Of a DNA stretch of 64,000 nt, positions 54,857-64,000 are shown in pieces. The DNA comes from the human T2T-CHM13v2.0 reference genome, Homo sapiens: the NCBI RefSeq assembly GCF_009914755.1, contig NC_060936.1. The stretch is one strand, 5' to 3'. The first letter of the stretch is position 1; each line of letters opens with the position of its first letter. The position numbers and the translations under genes were made by a program. The notes under the pieces are model-generated. The model saw nothing but the letters and a program-made list of their open reading frames with translations, ran no database searches and was not told where the DNA came from.

Positions 54857-55182
54857 CAAGGGTCACCAACCCCTGGGCCGTAGACCAATACCAGTCCATG
54901 GCCTGTTAGGAGCTGGGTCGCACAGCAGGAGGTGAGCAGCGGGCGAGCGAGCATTACCGCCTCCTCTCAGATCAGTGGCGGCGTTAGATTCTCATAGACG
55001 CACAAACCCTATTGTGAACTGCGCATGCGAGGGATGTAGGTTGACTGCTCCTTATGAGAATCTAATGCCTGGTGGTCTGAAGTGGAAGTTTCATCCTGAA
55101 ACCATCCTCCCCACCGACAGGCCGTGGAAAAATTGTCTTCCACAGAACTGGTCTGTGGTGCCAAAAAGGCTGGGGACTGCTG
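54857..55182. mobile_element. MER1B (hAT-Charlie) inside a MaLR LTR 3' end (about 54804-55209)
   Basis: Perfect 8-bp TSD gtataaca; gattctcata...tatgagaatc internal inverted repeat. Confidence 0.93.
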
Positions 55183-55214
55183 GTATAACAGCAGCCTGAA
55201 CTAAGACACTCATG

Positions 55215-55650
55215 TAACAGAAGGCCTAGGGAAAGGCAGTTTCAGGATGATTTTGACCCCATAAAATCATCAAGAACCTAGGAGCTTCCCAGCTTTCTGC
55301 TCCACCATTCTCAGTGGGTCAGCCCTGTTTTCCCTCATAGTCATAAAGTGGCTGCTGTGGCTCCAGACAACACACCCTCACCCTCACCCAGTGAGCCAAG
55401 CAGGAAGGAAGAGAGGCAGCAAGAGGCACTTTCTTCTCGTTTCTCTCTTATTAAAATCTGCCCCCAGCCGAGTTTCCCTAACATTTTGCTTGCTAGAGCT
55501 TGGTCTCATGCCCACCCTAGACCAAGAAGAAACAGGATTCCCTTAGATCTATCACAATCAATTCCCTGGGACAGGGAGACTCACCCCCTAAATAAAATCC
55601 AGACCATTTGAGAGGAAAAGAAGGGAATGGTTGCTAAATAGCTGACCACC
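55215..55650 (-). mobile_element. Old MaLR LTR (MLT1K/L-like)
   Basis: ctttctgctccaccattctcag...tcataaagtggctgctgtggctccagac. Confidence 0.65.
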
Positions 55651-56749
55651 AGGGCCTGCCTGGCTCACAGATTGTTGTTTAACGGAATTGGTGGCTATCT
55701 CAGGAATGTCTGGCTTGCTGGCCTGAGAATTCACCCAAAGTGACACGGCAAAAGCTGAGAGATGGGCCAGGCAGCCTCGTCCCAAACACCAGGTCTCAGT
55801 TCCCAAATGTCCTCTAGGCCCCAAGGGGACCCAATGAGGGTCACACGTGGGAACAAGGGGTGACCTCCAGGAGCCCTACCCGTGAGGCTTCTGAGCGGGG
55901 GTCCCAGGCCTCTGTTCCCCACACTCCACTGAGACATCAGGTATGGAGCTGGGGCCAGGGGCCACTCAAATTGACCTTACCACTGGCCGCAGCCCAGGCA
56001 GCCACTGACATTCAGTCTGAGCGTGCTCTCTCACTCTCTCTCTCCCTCTCTTTTAAAAAGCTTTTTTTCACTTCCCTGGGGGAAACATCTTAGCAATTCC
56101 TGAACGCAGCTCTGAAGATGAAGGGCGACTTAGAAACAATGGAATGAAGGCGGTCCCCTCCCATCACCCCCCCTCAGCCGGGGAGGAGCGATGCACAGTC
56201 TGTGATCACCTTCCTTCGTTCAGCCCACCATGTGCCTGAGCCTTCTCTGAGTTCCCAGAAGGTGGTCGGGAACAAGCTCCCTCCACTAGGCCTGGCAGCC
56301 TCCTGGGGAAGGACAGACAGTCAACAAGAAAGCAAACAAACGCAGCAACGGCAGAGAAAGCTTCGTGCTGCTCAGAGTTTGGCTTGTCTACCTGAAGGTC
56401 AGAGAAGGCTTCTCTGAGCAGCTGACCTTGAGCTGAAAACTGGACGAGAAGCCAGCTCTGCAAAGACGGCAGGGAAGTGCATTCAGACGGAGGAACACCA
56501 AGCACAGAAACCTTGAAGTGGGAAGGAACCAGGTGGGCTCCAGGAACAGGAAGGGCTGAGTGGCCGGCGAGGCGCTGGGCACCTGAGGTTGTGTGGGCAG
56601 ATGTGGCTGGAGGGTCTGGCTGTGCTTGGCTCCATATGGATTTGGTATTAAGTCCAAGCATACCAAGAGTACACCTTAGGCTTTGCTTGGGAATTTTTAT
56701 TTTTTTTCCAGAAATCCTGGAGACAGAGCAGTTAAGAAGCTGTTCTTAG

Positions 56750-56886
56750 GTTTTTGTTTTTTAAAAAATAGAGATGGGGTCTTGCTATGTTGCCCAAGCT
56801 GGTCTCGAACTCCTGGCCTCAAGCAATCTTCCCACCTCGACCTCCCAAAGCACTGAGATTACAGGCGTGAGCCACTGTACCCGGCC
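56750..56886 (-). mobile_element. Alu left monomer (FLAM-like)
   Basis: TSD agaagctgt. Confidence 0.92.
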
Positions 56887-56942
56887 AGAAGCTGTCTTTG
56901 GCTCAGGAGTTTGGCTCCAACCTTTGATGTTTTCAGGGGTGA

Positions 56943-57669
<727 letters not shown>

Positions 57670-57679
57670 AGCGTTCCTT

Positions 57680-58013
57680 TTCAGAGTCAGGTATAGGGAG
57701 GCAGCCTGCGGGGGGCGTGGGAGCCCCGCTTTCCGGCTGGTTGTCACCAGGGCTGGCTCTCGGCTCTCAGGCCTCCGCTTGCAGCGCAGGAGCTGACTTC
57801 TTCAAAGCCGCCGGGAGCTCCTCTGCTACTGCAACTTCCCCATGGTGTCATGCGGTCATGGGAGAGACTACACCATCACTTTTTTGTCACATGTCGTAAC
57901 CTGATCCAGGCAACAACTATCCCATCGCGTTCTCACTCAAGGGAGGGATTATCCCAGGCGTGGACACCAGGGGAGAGGGGCTTAGGGGACATTGCAGGAT
58001 TCTGCCTACCACA
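57680..58013 (-). mobile_element. Old MLT1 LTR fragment
   Basis: cactcaagggagggatta...ttctgcctaccaca terminus. Confidence 0.65.
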
Positions 58014-58454
58014 GAGGACAAAGCTTTTGGGGAGGCTTGGCCTGGTGCAGATGCTAAACCCAGAGGGGGCCAGTCCAGGGATCTCCCAGAGTTCCCCAGG
58101 GTGGTGTCCACTGTCTGAGCAGAACCCTCCACTGGGCAATTTACAGCACAAATTGCGAAGTCCTCACCCTGCATGAAGTAGATGCAATCAGGTGATTCGG
58201 GAAAGGCTCAAATGAAAGCAGGGACAAGCCAGGAGAAGGCCAGACTCAGGAGCCTCAGGAGGGCCTGGGAGGTGGCCGGCAGCTGCCACTTCACAGAACC
58301 AGAAGATGGAAGGCCCAAGGGCGGAGGAGTCAGGACTAGACTCAGTTGGGTGGGATAGAAAATCCATTCCCCCAGCAGCACAGGGCCCTTGGGGAATTCC
58401 CAATGGCTGCTGCCGGTAAATAGAAAAGAAATCCAGCTGCCCACAGAAGGTGGC

Positions 58455-58552
58455 CTCTATTTTACAGATTAAAAAACTAGTGCTCAGAGAGGTTAAGTGA
58501 CTTGCCTAAGGTCACACAGCTAGGAAGCGGTAGAGCTGAGATTTGAACCCCC
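58455..58552 (-). mobile_element. MIR
   Basis: gctcagagaggttaagtgacttgcctaaggtcacacagctagg. Confidence 0.9.
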
Positions 58553-58655
58553 TTGATTTGACTTTCTGTCACTTGCAACCAGTAAGTCCTGATTAGTATG
58601 CCATGCGACCCTTGGCAAACCAGGGAGCAAGTTCCTGAAGCTTTTATTATAGTTT

Positions 58656-58659
<4 letters not shown>

Positions 58660-58693
<34 letters not shown>
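58660..58693. repeat. (TG)17 microsatellite
   Basis: Direct inspection. Confidence 0.98.
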
Positions 58694-58698
<5 letters not shown>

Positions 58699-58773
58699 AC
58701 ACACGCATGTATGTGTGCAGGGTTACAAGATGTACTTCTTACCAGGGGTTGTGTTTTAAAATATTTGCAAACA

Positions 58774-59099
<326 letters not shown>

Positions 59100-59119
59100 C
59101 AATTTGCAAGCATTGCTCT

Positions 59120-59282
59120 AAACTCGTGTTACTCAAAGTGTCCTCCATGGATCAGCAGCCCCAGATACTCTGGGAGCATGTTGGAAACGCAGTCTCAGGC
59201 CCCACCCTAGGTCTGCTGCAGCAGAACCTGCATTTTAGCAAAATTCTTGGTTGAGCTGTGTGCAGTTTTGAGAAGCCCAGCT
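59120..59282. mobile_element. MER5A/5A1
   Basis: tgttactcaaagtgt...tctcaggccccacccta...gaacctgcattttagcaa...tttgagaagc. Confidence 0.85.
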
Positions 59283-59799
59283 CTTGTTAGAACCTAAGAG
59301 CACCCGTAGTGCCTAGGGCTCTGCAAGGAGCTCCAGGGCCCCCCATCATCTCTCAAGGCTCCCCCAGATGTGAGGGGAGCTTAGGGCAGTGACAGGAACT
59401 GAAAACAGAACCCCCAAATGCTTCCCACCCCACTGCCCAGCCCTCCCCGCTGCTGCCTCCTGGCGTAGCTCTCCCTGGGACTGTGCCCAGGGTTTCCCTC
59501 TCCCTGGGCCTCTCAATACCTCCTGGGGGCTGAGGCCCACCCGCCCAACTTGCCCGCCAGGGCCACCCGGGACAGGGCTTTGCAAGCTCCCCAGAAGTGG
59601 AAGTGGGACTTTGTTTAAAGAAACAGACCACAAAAAGGGTGGCGACCAGCTCCCCTCTGCCCTGCCATGAAGGTGTACCCACAAAGAGCTAAGCTCGCAG
59701 CAGGAGGGATGGAAGTCAGATAGTTAGACAAGTGTGGTGCTGTGGTTACCACCACAATTTCTGACTCCTGTCTCCACCCAGCAGCTCCTTGAGAACATT

Positions 59800-60120
59800 T
59801 ATCCATCCACCCACCCACCCACGCATCCACCTACGCACCCACACACCTACCCACGCACCCGCGCACCCACCCACCCATGCACCCACGCAGCCACGCACAC
59901 ACCCATGCATGCACCCGGCCACCCACGCACCCACGCACGCACCCACGCATGCATCCATCCATGCACCCACCCACCCACGCACGTACCCACCCACGCACCC
60001 ACACACCCGCCACGCATGCACCCACCTGCACACCTACACACCCATGCACCCACCCACCCACGCACCTATCCACGCACTTACCCACCCACTTACCCACACA
60101 TTCACCCACCCATCCACCAC
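59800..60120. repeat. (CACC/CACG/CATG)n degenerate tetranucleotide array
   Basis: Direct inspection; accounts for the His/Pro/Thr-rich ORFs. Confidence 0.95.
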
Positions 60121-60429
60121 TTACTGAGGTCCTCCTGAGTGCCAGCCACTGCTCCAGGGACTGGGGTACAACAGTGAACAGACAGGCAAGCATTCTGCCA
60201 CTAACCCACTGGGTGACTTATGAAGTCGCCAAGCCACCCCAGGCCTCAGTTTTCCCTTTGGTAAAATGTGAGAGTTAAACAAGAGGCCTCCAAAACATTT
60301 CATTTTGATCTTTCTTTTGATATGGCAGTAATAAGGGTGAATGGCACACAGTAAGTGCTCAATGAGTGCCTGTCCATGAACAGACACGGCCCGGACACCA
60401 CTGTCCATGCTCCCGATTTTACAGGGGCA

Positions 60430-60885
60430 GCCCCAGGTCCAGCCCTGCGGTGAGACAGCTGGATGATCGTTCTGCACTGCTGTGCCAGCGACGGGCCTCG
60501 GTGTGGTCATGTGACTCACTTCTGACCAAGGAGGCATCAAAGGAAGTCTGCTGGGAACTCAGGGAAAGATTTTGCTTCCTGATATAAGAGAAACACACAG
60601 AGAAGACCTCCTCTCTCCCCACCCAGCCCCTTTCTTCCAGTTTGAGAGGTTGCAGTGTAAATAACTGATGTCTGGAGCAGCTGCAGCCATATTGGAACCC
60701 TGAGACAAGAGAGATGGCAGCGTGATACGCACTGAATGGCCTGGTCTTCGATAGCATCACTGAGGGGCTGAGCCACACCGGGGAACTCATACCTCCGGAC
60801 TTCTTAAGTTAAATGGCCTTGTCATCTACGCCATAGTGTGCTGGGTTTTCTGTTACCTATAGCTGAGGCATGCTAACCAATCCGG
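60430..60885 (+). mobile_element. Old MaLR LTR (MLT1J-like)
   Basis: tggtcatgtgactcacttctgacca...gcagctgcagccatattg...gggttttctgttacc. Confidence 0.75.
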
Positions 60886-61254
60886 TCAGTTCTTCAAAGC
60901 CACTTCTTACCCACCTCCCAAAGCTTTGCTCAAACGCCCCTTCCCTGACCAGCGCCCATCCAGATGCCCTTGAACTCACCGCAGTCCCCAGCAGCACACT
61001 GAGCATAGATGCGGTTTAATTTGCCAGGAGAGCTGGGGATAAATCCCTAACCCTAACCTCTAACATGGGCCATGCAGAAGGAAAATCCCATTTTTCTGGT
61101 GCCCTCGTCCAAGTCAGAGCCCTGGGCTGCAGAGAGCCTGGCTCTGCATCTGCGCAGTGACTAGGTGGATTCCTAGCCAACCTCAAGGTCAATAGTGATA
61201 GCACAGGAAGCCAAACTGCATCAGAATTCCCAGCTAAGGCCAAGAAGCCAAGCA

Positions 61255-61390
61255 GGCCTCAGCCTTGCCATTTCCTAGCTGTGTGCCCTTGGGCAAGTGA
61301 CTTCACTTCTCTGGGCCTCAGTTTCCCCATCTGTACAATGGGAACAGTAACACCTCAAAGATCATGGTGAAGGCTAAATGGAGGCAATGA
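61255..61390 (+). mobile_element. MIR
   Basis: ttgggcaagtgacttcacttctctgggcctcagtttccccatctgtacaatggg. Confidence 0.9.
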
Positions 61391-61819
61391 AGGGAGCCAG
61401 CTAGCCACTCGGAGGCCCATTTCCCATGGGCAGGAAGTTAGCATGAGGGTGGTTGGGAGGATGACACCCCACTCCCGGGATGTGTGGGAATGAAGTTGTC
61501 TGGTAACCAGTGTGCGGCCAGGGTCATCTCACAAACTCTCTACTCTAGATCCAGCTTCCACAGAAAGTTCCAGGACATGAGCTGTCACTAACCCTTCCCT
61601 GGCTGCCACCCAACAGCAAGGTGGCCTTCCCCTGTACCTCCCAAGGGTCCGAGGCCGTCCCCAGGCCCCTGCTCAGGACCACATGCTGGCCAGGCCCCGG
61701 CTGTTTCCCGCTGCTGTGGGAAGACGAGACAGGCGAGATGACAGGAAGGCCTTTTCTATCCAAAGTGTAATCAGACACCCCGCGTACCTGCTCCCACCTC
61801 ACTATGAGGAGAGGCCAAT

Positions 61820-62032
61820 GAGTAATAAGATCTGACGTTTCTGGAGCATTGCTACGTGCCAGATGTGTTCTAGCACTTTCTATCAACTTATTTCATCCTC
61901 AGAACAACCCTGTGCAGTAAATACTATTATCATCGCCATTTTACAGATTAAGAAACCAAGGCTCAGAGAGGTTAAGTAACTTGCCCAGGGTCACACAGCT
62001 AATAGGTAGTGGAGCTGGGCTTCGCACCCACC
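61820..62032 (-). mobile_element. MIR, near full length
   Basis: ccattttacagattaagaaaccaaggctcagagaggttaagtaacttgcc. Confidence 0.9.
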
Positions 62033-62764
62033 TGATTTGACTTTCTGCCATTTGCAGCCAGTCAGTCCTGATTAATGTGTCATGTGACCCTGGGCACCTG
62101 CTCTGAACCAAACTGGAAGGCGAGCTGGCCGAGAAGCCCCTTCCTTCTCAACAAACGGGTCAAAGCTCCAGTGCTCCTACTCCGACAGAAACCCCGACAA
62201 ATGGAGATGGCGGTGGCCAGGGTCAGCAAGAGAAGCAGGCGGCCTGGGTTGGGGGCCCCGGGACCACACACGGAAGGCGCCGCGTTGCCTTCTCACCCGG
62301 CACCAGCAGCCCCAGGCAGCTTAACCCAGGAGGTCACGCGTCTCTTTTGAAGTCTGAGTCACAGGACGAAGATTCCATTTAACGCCCCGATAAAGCAAAA
62401 CCACTGAGAAAACAAACGAGAGGCTGCCCAGGCATGAAAACGCCCACCCTCCGGGAGCCCCGGGCTAGCTGCACGGCAACGGGGCTCGTTCCAAGCCAGC
62501 CTGTCGCTCAAGAATGATCCCAGTCCAGGAAGATGCAAGGCCGTGACTATCAGCCCCATTTTACGGGTGCGGAAATGGAGGGCCAGAGAGGTTGCACCAC
62601 CTACGCAAGGTCACACAGCCCATGAATGAGACCGGAAATGGCGAATAAAATTCAGGTCTCCTCATGCCCCCCAGTGCTCTTCCCTCCTTCCTCAGGGCCA
62701 GGTGAGAGTTCTCCCTCCCCTGCTGTAGAGAGCAGGTACTGTTTTGGGGTACACCGCATTCATT

Positions 62765-62923
62765 TCTCTTTTTTAAGAGACAGGGTCCCGCTCTGTTGCC
62801 CAGGCTGGAGTGCGGTCATGCAATCATAGCTCACCTCAGCCTGGAACTCTTGGGCTCAAGCAATCCTCCCACACTGGCCTGCTAAAGTGCTGAGATCACA
62901 GGCGTGCGCCACTGCATGCAGCC
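62765..62923 (-). mobile_element. Alu monomer (FRAM/FAM-like)
   Basis: Single right-arm-type monomer of about 160 bp. Confidence 0.88.
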
Positions 62924-63189
62924 TCATTCCCCTTTTCAATGGGGGCATCACTCTGAATTTCCTCCACGCAGTCCAGGACAGTCAGGTGGCCTCCACCCCC
63001 TGAAAGGGCAGAGCCTGTGCCCCAGGCCTGGCCAGTCAGAGCACTGCTAGCCAGGTGACTGGCTCAGAGACGGGCATGCGACCCGAGCTGGTCCCATCAG
63101 AGGGAGGGCTAGGTAATTGTGCCAGAGTTACCAGGGAGGAAATATTCCATCTCCCCCTAGACTGGAACCAAGGGAGATGTGAGTTAACA

Positions 63190-63622
63190 CAACACAAGTG
63201 TATTATTTTACAGTTCTAGAGGTCAGAAGGCCACAGCGGGCCTCACTGGACTAAAAGCAAGATGTTGGCAAGGCTGTGTTCCTTCTGGAAATTGCAGGGG
63301 AGCATCCATTCTCTGCCTTTTCCAGCTTCTAGAGGCTGCCCGCACTCCTAGGCTCATGGCCCCTTCCAGCAAAGCCATCACTCCTGCCTCTGCCTCTGCC
63401 TCTGCAGTCACAACTCCTCTCTCTGACTCATGCTCCTCTTTCACTGATAAGGAACCTTGTGATTACATCACCCTTATGATAATCCAGGAGAATCCCCCCA
63501 TCTCAAGACGTGTAACGTCATTAGATCTGCAAGGTCCCTTTTGCCATGTCAGCTAACATATTCACATGTTTCCTGGGATTAGGACATGGACATCTTTGGG
63601 GGTGGTTATTTTGCCCACCATA
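63190..63622 (-). mobile_element. MLT1D-like LTR inside an older MLT1 (about 63000-63840)
   Basis: ttacagttctagaggtcagaag...ctgcaaggtcccttttgccatg...gattaggacatggacatctttgggg. Confidence 0.88.
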
Positions 63623-63879
63623 GCAATCAGAACCATAGCAGGCAGGGTGCCAAGATGGAGAGGAAGTAAATCCTGGTGAATATTTTGAGCCCCCGGATCA
63701 AGCTGTACCTGAAGGTATGTACTTAACTTTTCAGTTATATCATGATGATTAAATTTCCTTTTTTCCCCTAAGCTAGTTGGAGGCTTTTGTTTTGCTTTGT
63801 TTTGTTTTACCTTTTGCAAACAGAGAGCCTGGCTGAATTAACTCCCAACCCATAAAGATTTCACCGTGAGAAATTACCA

Positions 63880-64000
63880 GCTTGCATGTGTCTCTCACAT
63901 GAGGCTGAAATCTTGAGAGTAAAGACAACACCTCCTATAACTTTGTCTCATCAGCACCTAGCAAAGGAGGCACTGAGAAAATGTGTGTTGATTGAATAAC
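63880..64000 (+). mobile_element. L2 3' end
   Basis: cagcacctagca...tgtgttgattgaat. Confidence 0.6.

Noticed and set aside
59734-60278. His/Pro/Thr- and Trp/Val/Gly-rich ORFs
   Set aside because: Simple-repeat translations

Overview
Primate (catarrhine/human-like: AluJ, AluS and AluY all present) non-coding genomic DNA, intergenic or deep intronic, about 50% GC. No credible protein-coding gene, structural RNA gene or CpG-island promoter is visible. The six-frame ORFs are microsatellite-, Alu- or chance-derived; the one exception is a dead Hsmar1 mariner transposase remnant at 41.3-41.8 kb. The window holds roughly 40 Alus, many MIR/L2/old L1 fragments, MaLR/ERV solo LTRs (THE1, MLT1, MER66-like), hAT MITEs (MER58A, MER5A, MER1B, MER81, Charlie1/MER33) and several microsatellites. 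Between the repeats lie unique, motif-dense islands (notably about 16.3-16.8, 25.8-26.0 and 43.9-44.3 kb) that look like conserved developmental enhancers. Highlights: an internally deleted Hsmar1 with one perfect SETMAR-binding TIR, several templated-insertion/local-duplication repair scars, an (AAAGG)n Alu-tail repeat with a triplicated target site, and one speculative exon with a Kozak-led 41-aa smORF. I found no convincing wholly new biological system. Repeat subfamily names come from remembered consensus sequences, boundaries of old repeats are approximate, and all calls need RepeatMasker/Dfam confirmation.
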